Source: an uncultured Bacteroidales bacterium (GTDB lineage: Bacteria; Bacteroidota; Bacteroidia; Bacteroidales; UBA932). Taken from it: a stretch of DNA of 64,000 nt. Below, piece by piece: positions 49,342-58,867 of the stretch (positions are counted from its first letter, which is position 1; the number at the start of each line of letters is the position of its first letter). Made by a program: the position numbers and the translations under genes. The stretch lies in NCBI GenBank assembly GCA_944325765.1, contig CALVBH010000083.1, forward strand, positions 3,064-67,063, in the 5' to 3' direction. The notes below the pieces were generated by a model. That model did no database searches. It was not told the DNA's origin and saw only the letters and a program-made list of their open reading frames with translations.

Positions 49342-50316
49342 ATGGAAAAAGGAGCTATTTCACAATTCATTACGCACCATTATCGCCATTTCAATTCCGC
49401 TGCTTTAGTGGATGCAGCCAAAGCTTACGACGAACACATAAACAAAGGCGGGAAAATGATGCTGGCGATGGCCGGCGCCATGAGTACGGCCGAACTCGGA
49501 CTTTCTCTCGCGGAGATGATCCGTCAGGACAAGATACACATCGTTTCCTGCTCCGCAAACAACCTTGAGGAAGATATCATGAACCTGGTGGCACACAACC
49601 ACTATTACAGGGTTCCCAACTACAGGGACCTGACTCCGGAACAGGAGAAAGAACTGCTGAACAACCACATGAACAGGGTTACCGACACCTGCATCCCCGA
49701 GGAAGAGGCTTTCCGCAGACTGGAGGACCATCTTGTGGACATCTGGAAGGAGATGAAGGAAAAAGGCGAAAGGCTTCTCCCTTACGAAGTCATCTACAGG
49801 CTCCTTCGCAGCGGAGTGCTGGAGAAATATTATGAAATCGACCCTAAGGACAGCTGGGTTCTGGCTGCCTGCGAAAAGAATATTCCTATCGTGGTTCCTG
49901 CCTGGGAAGACTGCACGACCAGCAACATATACACGGCACACTGCATCAGGGGCGAATTCGATCCACTCATGATCAAGGGCGGCATCGAAACCATGATGTT
50001 CCTGACCGACTGGTACAGACACAATTCCGGCGGAGAAGGCGTAGGGTTCTTCCAGATCGGCGGCGGCACTGCCGGAGACTTCCCTATCTGCGTAGTTCCT
50101 ATGATGGAACAGGATCTCGGATGGAAAGGGACTCCGCTCTGGGCATATTTCTGCCAGATTTCAGACTGCACGACTTCATACGGTTCATATTCCGGCGCTG
50201 TTCCGAACGAAAAGATCACCTGGGGCAAACTGGACGTGGATACTCCGCGGTTCATCATCGAATCCGACGCCACCATCGTGGCTCCGCTGCTTTTCGCTTA
50301 CGTGCTCGGCTGGTAG
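49342..50316 (+). CDS. Deoxyhypusine synthase-like protein
   Basis: AGAMSTAELG, NLEED, IGGG, GSYSGAVPNEKITWGK (catalytic Lys retained), SDATIVAPL. Confidence 0.92.
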   Translation: MEKGAISQFITHHYRHFNSAALVDAAKAYDEHINKGGKMMLAMAGAMSTAELGLSLAEMIRQDKIHIVSCSANNLEEDIMNLVAHNHYYRVPNYRDLTPEQEKELLNNHMNRVTDTCIPEEEAFRRLEDHLVDIWKEMKEKGERLLPYEVIYRLLRSGVLEKYYEIDPKDSWVLAACEKNIPIVVPAWEDCTTSNIYTAHCIRGEFDPLMIKGGIETMMFLTDWYRHNSGGEGVGFFQIGGGTAGDFPICVVPMMEQDLGWKGTPLWAYFCQISDCTTSYGSYSGAVPNEKITWGKLDVDTPRFIIESDATIVAPLLFAYVLGW

Positions 50317-50319
50317 GAG

Positions 50320-51477
50320 ATGGAATTCGCACTCAGTCTGACAGACATACGCACCTTCCAGGGTATTGCAATGATAGTGGCAGCATCACTCGCGATAGTG
50401 ATGCTGCTTATTAAAGTTCCGCATACCGAACATGCCTCCAGACTGACCAAAGCCAAGAGTATCGTCGCCCTGAGCTATATGTTCTGCGCCTTCATTTTCG
50501 GCTATACCCTGAGTCATCAGGACAGCGGGAACTACGAAATGTTTTCGGCGCTGACCATGCTCATAAACGTGGCATTCGCCACTGCCACACTATCGTATTC
50601 TCTCACGAATCTGCTATATCGCAGGTACATGGACTCGAACAGACTGATTGTAAGCCTGTTCGCCATATTCATAACCAGTATCGGACTCATCGAGGTCTTC
50701 TTCAACGGGGAGCGGAATCTGTTCAACACGGCCCTCATCGCCGGCATCGTGCTTTTCGTATCCATGTGCATCTACTATATCATAATTTTCGACAAATGGT
50801 ACAAGCACAGCATAGCGATGCTGGAAAAATATTACGATGAAGACGAAGAACACAAGCTGAAGTGGGTGAAATTCTGTTTCATCCTGGCCATGCTGACCGA
50901 GATGTTCGTCATCGTCTACCTGATTTTCCTCCGAGGCTTCATGTTCATCTACATAGGCTTCTACATACTCTTCCTTCTCTATTTCGCGAGCAATTTCATC
51001 TCATTCATAGGAAGCCACAAGCTGCTGCTGGACGCATTCGGGCACTGGAGCACGAAAAGCGTCATAAAAAGCGGGAAAACAGGTCCTTCATCGCGTTCAA
51101 GAAAGAGGAAAAAGGAGCCTGACCAGGAAGAGGCTTTCGAAAAGGTAAAAACGGCGCTCGATGCCTGGGTGGCCAGGAAGGGCTACAGGGAGTGCGACAA
51201 GAGCCGTGATGAGACCGCCGCCGAAATCGGAGTCTCCAAAGAACTTCTGAACCAGTATTTCGCACGGAAAATCGGAAAGGATTTCAGGACATGGAGGACG
51301 GAACTCCGGGTATCGGATGCACAGAAACTCCTGCTCGAAGACAGGAAGATGTCTTCGAATATCATCGGGGAGCTGGTCGGCTTCAGCGACCGGTCGAACT
51401 TCCACAGACAATTCACCAGAATAACGGGCTGTTCGCCCAAGGTCTGGAGAGACTCCGGCGGAGAAAATGCCGGATAG
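50320..51477 (+). CDS. Membrane-anchored AraC family regulator
   Basis: About seven hydrophobic helices, then an AraC HTH (FRTWRTELRV...GFSDRSNFHRQF). Confidence 0.88.
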   Translation: MEFALSLTDIRTFQGIAMIVAASLAIVMLLIKVPHTEHASRLTKAKSIVALSYMFCAFIFGYTLSHQDSGNYEMFSALTMLINVAFATATLSYSLTNLLYRRYMDSNRLIVSLFAIFITSIGLIEVFFNGERNLFNTALIAGIVLFVSMCIYYIIIFDKWYKHSIAMLEKYYDEDEEHKLKWVKFCFILAMLTEMFVIVYLIFLRGFMFIYIGFYILFLLYFASNFISFIGSHKLLLDAFGHWSTKSVIKSGKTGPSSRSRKRKKEPDQEEAFEKVKTALDAWVARKGYRECDKSRDETAAEIGVSKELLNQYFARKIGKDFRTWRTELRVSDAQKLLLEDRKMSSNIIGELVGFSDRSNFHRQFTRITGCSPKVWRDSGGENAG

Positions 51478-51519
51478 GCAATTCTTCCGGTTTTGGAGCG
51501 GAAATTCAAAACAGTTTCT

Positions 51520-51527
51520 TATATTTG
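51520..51527 (+). promoter_or_regulatory. -7 promoter box TATATTTG for the V-ATPase operon
   Basis: TAnnTTTG consensus. Confidence 0.7.
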
Positions 51528-51606
51528 TCCGGACTATGCCCGCGCTGATCGGAGGCTGAAGCGGGGTGAAATGTTTTTATGCTGATAACCAATAAAAATC
51601 GGATAT

Positions 51607-52221
51607 ATGCAGAACAAATTGCAGGAGTTGACAGACAAACTCTACAATGAAGGTCTGTCGAAAGGCAGGCAGGAAGGCGAAGCCATACTGAACGATGCCC
51701 GGGCCAAGGCTGAAGAAATCATTGCCGGGGCCAGAGCTGAAGCGGCAGGTATCGTGGCCGATGCTGAAAAGAAGGCCGCGGATATCTCTTCGAAGGTCTC
51801 GGGAGACCTCAAAATGGCCGCGTCCCAATGTCTGGCGGCCACCAGGCACGATATCGAGACCCTTCTTGTAAACAAGGTGGCGGACAGTGAAATATCGAAG
51901 GCCCTCACCGCTCCGGACTTCGTAAAGAAGACCATCCGGACAGTCGCCGAAGCTTTCAATCCCGAAGGGGCCGAGCCGGTCGATCTGACTGTCATTCTTC
52001 CGGAATCACTGCAAAAAGAGGTAGAGCCTTTCCTCCGGAAAGAACTTGCATCCGCAATCGGGGCCGGCATCGATGCCCGCTTCTCCAAAAAGATTTCCGG
52101 CGGTTTCACCATCGGACCCAAAGACGGCGGCTGGTTCATCAGTTTCACCGATGATACGTTCAGAGAACTCATTTCAGCCTATCTGAGACCCGCCACTAAA
52201 AAAATTCTGTTCGGAGAATAA
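51607..52221 (+). CDS. ntpE: V-type ATP synthase subunit E
   Basis: KLQELTDKLYNEG, GGFTIGPKDG, YLRP; first gene of the operon. Confidence 0.88.
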   Translation: MQNKLQELTDKLYNEGLSKGRQEGEAILNDARAKAEEIIAGARAEAAGIVADAEKKAADISSKVSGDLKMAASQCLAATRHDIETLLVNKVADSEISKALTAPDFVKKTIRTVAEAFNPEGAEPVDLTVILPESLQKEVEPFLRKELASAIGAGIDARFSKKISGGFTIGPKDGGWFISFTDDTFRELISAYLRPATKKILFGE

Positions 52222-52232
52222 GTTTTCAGCCG

Positions 52233-52862
52233 ATGAACAACTACCATTACATCATCGCAGGACTTCCCGAACTGTCCCGGGACTGCATGTCGGGGAAGAC
52301 GGATGCCGACAGCCTGATCGGGGAAATCAAGGCACAGTGTTCCTCCCGGGACGCGGCCGTCATCGATTTCCTCGAAAAGGGATATGTTCCGGAGAATCTC
52401 ACCGAAGACTTTTACTCGGAAGCTCTCGGCCACCGCAGCGTTTTCCTGCGGAAGTGGTTCGGCTTCGATCTGGAGGTCAGGAATGCGAAAGTCCGCTATC
52501 TGAACAAGGCTCTCGGAAGGGATAGTTCCAGGGATGTCATCGTATTGAAGAAAGATGACGGCTCTCCCCTGACGGACGGAGACGGGTTCGAAGAAGCGGG
52601 GCGTCTCGCGCAGGTCCTTTCCGGCGATGACATATTGGCGCGGGAGCGCGGGATAGACGATCTGTATTGGGCGAAAGCCGAAGAACTGACTCTTTTCCAC
52701 TATTTCGACCTTACGGTCATTCTCGGATTCATCGTCAGACTGAAAATCATAGACAGATGGCTCGGTCTCGACGAACAGACAGGGAGGGAAATGTTCCGCA
52801 GACTCGTGGATGAAGTCAGAAACACATTCAAGGGTGTACGGTACGATGCCGCAAACGGCTGA
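52233..52862 (+). CDS. DUF2764 family protein (V-ATPase subunit C equivalent)
   Basis: YHYIIAGLPEL, ERGID...W, HYFD, IIDRW; located between subunits E and A. Confidence 0.82.
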   Translation: MNNYHYIIAGLPELSRDCMSGKTDADSLIGEIKAQCSSRDAAVIDFLEKGYVPENLTEDFYSEALGHRSVFLRKWFGFDLEVRNAKVRYLNKALGRDSSRDVIVLKKDDGSPLTDGDGFEEAGRLAQVLSGDDILARERGIDDLYWAKAEELTLFHYFDLTVILGFIVRLKIIDRWLGLDEQTGREMFRRLVDEVRNTFKGVRYDAANG

Positions 52863-52897
52863 AAACACAATATCGAAAAACAAATAAACATCAATAT

Positions 52898-54649
52898 ATG
52901 AAAAGTACGGGAAAAGTTACGGGTATCGTTTCCAACCTGGTCACGGTGGAGACTTCCGGTCCGGTGTCGCAGAATGAACTGTGCTATGTGACTTCCGGGA
53001 ACACCAGGCTGATGGCGGAAGTCATAAAGGTAAACGGAAAATCCGCGGCGATCCAGGTATTCGAAAGTACCAGAGGACTGAAAAACGGCAACGATGTCGA
53101 ATTCGAAGGGAAAATGCTCGAAATCACCCTCGGTCCCGGTCTGCTGTCCAGCTGCTACGACGGTCTGCAGAACGACCTGACGACTATGACGGGAGTGTTC
53201 CTGAAAAAAGGAGAATACACGAAAGCCCTCGACGAGGAGAAAGAATGGGATTTCAAGCCTCTGGCCGCACCAGGAGACAAGGTGGTGGCCGCAGACTGGC
53301 TCGGAGAGGTCATGGAAGGGTGGCTTCCCCACAAAATCATGGTTCCTTTCTCATTCAAGGGCGAATATACGGTAAAATCGGTCGCTCCGGCCGGACGGTA
53401 CACGGTATGCCGGACGATAGCTGTCCTGACCGATGCCGACGGAGAGGAGATAGAGGTGAATATGATGCAGAAATGGCCGGTAAAGGTACCTGTAAAGGCT
53501 TATCGCGAAAAACCGAGACCGTCCAGAATCATGGAGACGGGTGTACGCGTCATCGACACGCTGAATCCTATCGCGGAAGGAGGTACCGGTTTCATTCCCG
53601 GACCTTTCGGCTGCGGAAAGACAGTCCTGCAGCATGCCATAGCCAAGCAGGGGGATGCGGACGTAATCGTGATGGCCGCCTGCGGAGAGCGCGCGAACGA
53701 GGTCGTGGAGATATTCACGGAATTCCCTGAACTTATCGACCCTCATACCGGCCGTCATCTGATGGAAAGGACTACCATTATCTGCAACACGTCGAACATG
53801 CCTGTCGCGGCCCGCGAAGCTTCAGTGTACACTGCCATGACCATCTGCGAATATTACAGGGCTATGGGAATGAAGGTCCTGCTCCTGGCTGACTCGACGT
53901 CCAGATGGGCGCAGGCGCTCAGGGAAATGAGCAACAGGATGGAAGAACTGCCTGGAGCCGATGCCTTCCCGGTGGACCTGTCGGCCATCATTTCGAGCTT
54001 CTACGCACGCGCGGGAATGGTCGTGCTGAACAACGGGCAGACCGGTTCAGTAACATTCATAGGCACGGTCTCCCCTGCCGGAGGAAACCTGAAGGAGCCC
54101 GTGACGGAATCCACGAAAAAAGCCGCCAGGTGCTTCTACGCCCTGGAACAGAAACGTGCGGACCAGAAAAGGTATCCTGCGGTAAACCCTATAGATTCCT
54201 ACTCGAAATATCTCGAATATCCTGAAATCAGGGAATACCTGTCTGAAAAAGTCGGGCAGGGCTGGGTGGAAAAAGTGGAGAAGACAAAATTCATAATCCG
54301 CCGGGGAAAGGAAGCGAACGACCAGATAAATATTCTCGGAGACGACGGTGTGCCGATGAGTTATCACGAACAGTTCTGGAAATCGGAACTCGTGGATTTC
54401 ATCATTCTCCAGCAGGATGCGTTCGACCCGATAGACAGCATAACACCTCTCGAAAGGCAGGAATATATGCTGGATCTGGTCATCGGAATTTGCGACAGGG
54501 AATTCCATTTCGATGATTTCGAACAGTGCAGGAACTTCTTCAAGGAACTGATCAACCTTCTGAAACAGATGAACTATTCCGAATTCGGAAGCGGGAATTT
54601 CAACAGATATCAGGAACAACTCAATAATTTTTTGAACAATGGCAGATAA
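52898..54649 (+). CDS. ntpA: V-type ATP synthase subunit A
   Basis: GPFGCGKT, CGERANE, PVAAREAS, DSTSRWAQALRE. Confidence 0.97.
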   Translation: MKSTGKVTGIVSNLVTVETSGPVSQNELCYVTSGNTRLMAEVIKVNGKSAAIQVFESTRGLKNGNDVEFEGKMLEITLGPGLLSSCYDGLQNDLTTMTGVFLKKGEYTKALDEEKEWDFKPLAAPGDKVVAADWLGEVMEGWLPHKIMVPFSFKGEYTVKSVAPAGRYTVCRTIAVLTDADGEEIEVNMMQKWPVKVPVKAYREKPRPSRIMETGVRVIDTLNPIAEGGTGFIPGPFGCGKTVLQHAIAKQGDADVIVMAACGERANEVVEIFTEFPELIDPHTGRHLMERTTIICNTSNMPVAAREASVYTAMTICEYYRAMGMKVLLLADSTSRWAQALREMSNRMEELPGADAFPVDLSAIISSFYARAGMVVLNNGQTGSVTFIGTVSPAGGNLKEPVTESTKKAARCFYALEQKRADQKRYPAVNPIDSYSKYLEYPEIREYLSEKVGQGWVEKVEKTKFIIRRGKEANDQINILGDDGVPMSYHEQFWKSELVDFIILQQDAFDPIDSITPLERQEYMLDLVIGICDREFHFDDFEQCRNFFKELINLLKQMNYSEFGSGNFNRYQEQLNNFLNNGR

Positions 54650-55958
54650 GGCTTTCCAGAAAACATATACACAGTTGGAATCCATCACCAAGGCTACGGT
54701 ATCGCTGAAAGCCAGAGGGGTGGCCAATGACGAACTCGCTACGGTGGACGGAAGACTCGCACAGGTGGTAAAGACCCGCGGCGACCTCGTGACCCTGCAG
54801 ATTTTCGCCGGGACGGAAGGTATTCCCACGAATGCGGAAGTGTCTTTTCTCGGCGAGCCTCCTACACTGAAAGTCAGCGATGAACTGGCCGGACGTTTCT
54901 TCAACGCCTACGGACAGCCCATCGACGGCGGCCCGGAAATCGAAGGAGAAAAACGGGAAACGGGAGGGCCTTCGGTCAATCCGTACAAGAGACGCCAGCC
55001 GTCGCAGCTCATTCCTACCGGCATCGCCGGCATTGACCTGAACAACACCCTCGTTTCGGGCCAGAAAATCCCGTTCTTCGCCGACCCCGACCAGCCTTAC
55101 AACAACGTAATGGCGCAGGTGGCTCTCAGGGCGGATGTAGACAAGATAATTTTAGGAGGAATGGGGCTGACCAACGACGACTACCTGTATTTCAGACACG
55201 AGTTCGAAAGTGCAGGCGCCCTGGAAAAAATCATCAGTTTCGTGAATACGACCGAACAGCCTCCTGTAGAACGGCTTCTGATTCCGGACATGGCCCTTGC
55301 CGCCGCGGAATATTTCGCTGTGGACAAGAACGAGAAAGTCCTCGTCCTCCTGACCGATATGACCCTGTACGCGGACGCATTGAGTATCGTCAGCAACCGT
55401 ATGGACCAGATTCCGTCGAAGGATTCCATGCCGGGGTCCCTCTATTCGGACCTTGCGAAAATCTACGAGAAGGCCGTGCAGCTGCCTGACGGCGGCTCCA
55501 TCACCATCATAGCCGTGACAACGCTGAATGACGGAGACATCACGCATGCCATCCCGGACAACACGGGATACATCACCGAAGGCCAGCTGTATCTGCGTGC
55601 CGACCCTGATTCGGGAAAGGTCATCATCGACCCGTTCCGCTCGCTTTCCCGACTGAAACAGCTCGTGATAGGCAAGCAGACCCGTGAGGACCACAACCAG
55701 GTCATGAACGCCGGAGTGCGCCTGTATGCAGATGCACAGAGCGCCAAGACGAAACTGGAGAACGGATTCGACCTGAGTGACTATGACCTCCGCTGTCTCG
55801 ACTATGCAAAAGAGTATGCGACCAGGCTTCTGGCCATCGACGTGAACATAAAAATCGATGAAATGCTCGACACTATGTGGGAGCTGTTCGGGAAATACTT
55901 CTCCAAGGCCGAGACCGGAATCAAGCAGGAACTGATAGATAAATACTGGAAAAACTAA
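54639..55958 (+). CDS. ntpB: V-type ATP synthase subunit B
   Basis: GQKIPFF, LTDMTLYADAL, PDNTGYITEGQ, SLSRL. Confidence 0.97.
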   Translation: MADKAFQKTYTQLESITKATVSLKARGVANDELATVDGRLAQVVKTRGDLVTLQIFAGTEGIPTNAEVSFLGEPPTLKVSDELAGRFFNAYGQPIDGGPEIEGEKRETGGPSVNPYKRRQPSQLIPTGIAGIDLNNTLVSGQKIPFFADPDQPYNNVMAQVALRADVDKIILGGMGLTNDDYLYFRHEFESAGALEKIISFVNTTEQPPVERLLIPDMALAAAEYFAVDKNEKVLVLLTDMTLYADALSIVSNRMDQIPSKDSMPGSLYSDLAKIYEKAVQLPDGGSITIIAVTTLNDGDITHAIPDNTGYITEGQLYLRADPDSGKVIIDPFRSLSRLKQLVIGKQTREDHNQVMNAGVRLYADAQSAKTKLENGFDLSDYDLRCLDYAKEYATRLLAIDVNIKIDEMLDTMWELFGKYFSKAETGIKQELIDKYWKN

Positions 55959-55960
55959 TC

Positions 55961-56569
55961 ATGTCTATCAAATTTCAATATAACAAGACGTCGCTGAACG
56001 ACATGGGCAAGCAGCTCAAAGTCAGGCAGAACGCCCTCCCGACACTGAAAAACAAGGAGTCGGCGCTCAGGCTTGAGGTGCGCAAGGCCAAGGCGAAGGC
56101 GGCCAGTCTCATAACCGATCTCGATGCCTCGCTGAAAAGATACGACTATCTCGCTTCGCTCTGGAACGAGTTCGAGCCAGGACTGATTTCCATAACGGAC
56201 GTCGATCTGGCTACGGTAAAGGTGGCAGGAGTGAAAACCCCGGAACTCAGGGAGATACATTATGAAATCCATGAATTCAACGCTTTCGCCAAACCGGCAT
56301 GGTACGCCGACGGGGTGTCCATCCTGAAGGAGCTGTCGAGACTGGGAATAGAATCCGAAGTCTACACTGAAAAAAGCAGGATTCTGGATTTCCAGAGGAA
56401 AAAGACCACCCAGAAAGTGAATCTGTATGAAAAAGTGCAGATTCCGGGCTATCAGGAAGCCATCCGGAAAATAAAGAGATTTATGGAAGACGAGGAAAAC
56501 CTGTCCAAGGCATCATCCAAAATCGTGAAAAGCAGACATGAAGCTGAAGAAGAGGAGGCAAGGATATGA
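55961..56569 (+). CDS. ntpD: V-type ATP synthase subunit D
   Basis: ALPTLKNKE, KTTQKVNLYEKVQIP. Confidence 0.95.
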   Translation: MSIKFQYNKTSLNDMGKQLKVRQNALPTLKNKESALRLEVRKAKAKAASLITDLDASLKRYDYLASLWNEFEPGLISITDVDLATVKVAGVKTPELREIHYEIHEFNAFAKPAWYADGVSILKELSRLGIESEVYTEKSRILDFQRKKTTQKVNLYEKVQIPGYQEAIRKIKRFMEDEENLSKASSKIVKSRHEAEEEEARI

Positions 56570-58404
56570 TTACCGCTATGACCAAATATTCCTTCATCAT
56601 GTTCAATGCTGAAGCGGAAGGGTTCCTGAAAAGGCTTCAGGAACTGGGTGTGGTGGATATCACGCGGTCCAGGAAACCGGTGGACGCGAAATCCTCGGCC
56701 ATTCTGGAGAAAGCCACGGAAATCAGAAAGGTGATTTCGATGCTCGGAAAGTTCGACTATTCAAAAGACCCCGACTTCAAGGCCATTCTGCAGGCATCCG
56801 AATCTGCGGTGCCGCCGGAGGATCCCGTAAGGGAGACATTGGAGACGGCAGCCCGGATAGAAAGACTGAAAACCGGACTGGAAGCAGCCCGGAAGGAGGC
56901 GGCAGACAGAATGCACTGGGGCGATTTCGACCGGTCATCATTGGATCGCGTAAAAGAGTGCGGCTGCAGACTTCACTGGTACAGGGTGGCGAAAAAGAAA
57001 TTCGACAGTTCCTGGGCAGAAGAATATCCTCTTCAGATTATCAGTGAAGACGGAGCCTATGTATGGTTCGTGACCGTTTCGGAATCCACTTCGGAGTATT
57101 CATTCCCTGTCGCGGAAACTTCCGCCCCGGAAGGAAGCTGGAAAGAAGCTATAGCGGAGGCGGAAAAGACGGAAGCCGGAATCATTGCCGCCAAGGGACG
57201 GCTGCTCAGGATGAAAGAGTGCATTCCGGCGCTGAAAGACGCCTGCAGCCGGGAGATGTCGGACCTGGACCTGTATCTCGCCGATGCTTCCGGGGAAACC
57301 GCAGCAGAAAATATGCTGACCGTCTTCACCGGATTCGCACCGACTGAAGACGACGACAGGCTTTGCTCCGAATTCGACAGTATGGACATAGCCTATCTCA
57401 AGGAAAAGGCCGTAGAGGAGGACAACCCTCCCATCAAGCTGAAAAACAACAGATTCGCCCGCATGTTCGAAGTCCTGACGGGGATGTACGGAATGCCGGT
57501 ATACAGCGAATTCGATCCGACACCTGTTTTAGGTCCGTTTTTCCTGCTGTTCTTCGCCATGTGTATGGGAGATGCCGGATATGGCATCCTGCTGATTATC
57601 ATCGGCATGCTTCTTAAACGCACCACCGGAGGCATGGCCAGGCTCGGTCCGCTCGTGACTACGCTCGGAGTCGGCTGCATCTTCGTCGGCATCGTACTCG
57701 GGACATTCTTCGGCATCAATCTGGCCGAGGCTTCATGGGTGCCAGGGTGGCTGAAAAAGTGCATGATTACCGGAGAAATAGCGGGATATTCGGCCCAGAT
57801 GGTCCTGGCCATAGGCATAGGCGTATTCCATATCTGCCTGGCTATGACCATAAAGGCCGTATGCTACACGAAACGGTTCGGATTCAAGGCCAATATCAGC
57901 ACGTGGGCATGGCTGCTGCTCATCATCGGCGGTATAGTCACTGCTGCCGCAGCCCTGCCGGGGCTTGTTCCGGAAACGGTCGTGAAATGCGCAGTGATAG
58001 TCATAGGAGCCGTATCCGCATTGGGCATATTCATATTCAACACCCCGGGGCGCAACCCTCTGATAAACATCGGAGCCGGACTGTGGGATACTTACAATAT
58101 GGCGACAGGACTGCTCGGCGACGTGCTCAGCTACATCCGTCTGTATGCTTTGGGACTTGCCGGAGGAATGCTCGGCGGAGCTTTCAACGACTTGGGGATA
58201 ATGCTGAAGGACGGGATTCCCGTCCCCGGTCTGGACTGGCTCGGCTTTGCGGTCATAGTCCTGCTCGGGCATGCCCTGAATCTGGCGATGTCATGCCTCG
58301 GAGCCTTCGTCCATCCTCTGCGACTTACTTTCGTGGAATATTTCAAAAACTCCGGATATGAAGGACGCGGAACAGCCTACAACCCGCTCACACGGCAGGT
58401 ATAA
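56566..58404 (+). CDS. ntpI: V-type ATP synthase subunit I
   Basis: GDAGYG, DVLSYIRLYALGLAG, HPLRLTFVEYF. Confidence 0.95.
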   Translation: MITAMTKYSFIMFNAEAEGFLKRLQELGVVDITRSRKPVDAKSSAILEKATEIRKVISMLGKFDYSKDPDFKAILQASESAVPPEDPVRETLETAARIERLKTGLEAARKEAADRMHWGDFDRSSLDRVKECGCRLHWYRVAKKKFDSSWAEEYPLQIISEDGAYVWFVTVSESTSEYSFPVAETSAPEGSWKEAIAEAEKTEAGIIAAKGRLLRMKECIPALKDACSREMSDLDLYLADASGETAAENMLTVFTGFAPTEDDDRLCSEFDSMDIAYLKEKAVEEDNPPIKLKNNRFARMFEVLTGMYGMPVYSEFDPTPVLGPFFLLFFAMCMGDAGYGILLIIIGMLLKRTTGGMARLGPLVTTLGVGCIFVGIVLGTFFGINLAEASWVPGWLKKCMITGEIAGYSAQMVLAIGIGVFHICLAMTIKAVCYTKRFGFKANISTWAWLLLIIGGIVTAAAALPGLVPETVVKCAVIVIGAVSALGIFIFNTPGRNPLINIGAGLWDTYNMATGLLGDVLSYIRLYALGLAGGMLGGAFNDLGIMLKDGIPVPGLDWLGFAVIVLLGHALNLAMSCLGAFVHPLRLTFVEYFKNSGYEGRGTAYNPLTRQV

Positions 58405-58857
<453 letters not shown>

Positions 58858-58867
58858 GAAAATATTT

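Noticed and set aside
51528-51606. Possible Na+ riboswitch in the V-ATPase leader
   Set aside because: Only a short CCCGC/GCGGG stem is visible and I cannot match the consensus; an Rfam scan would be needed.
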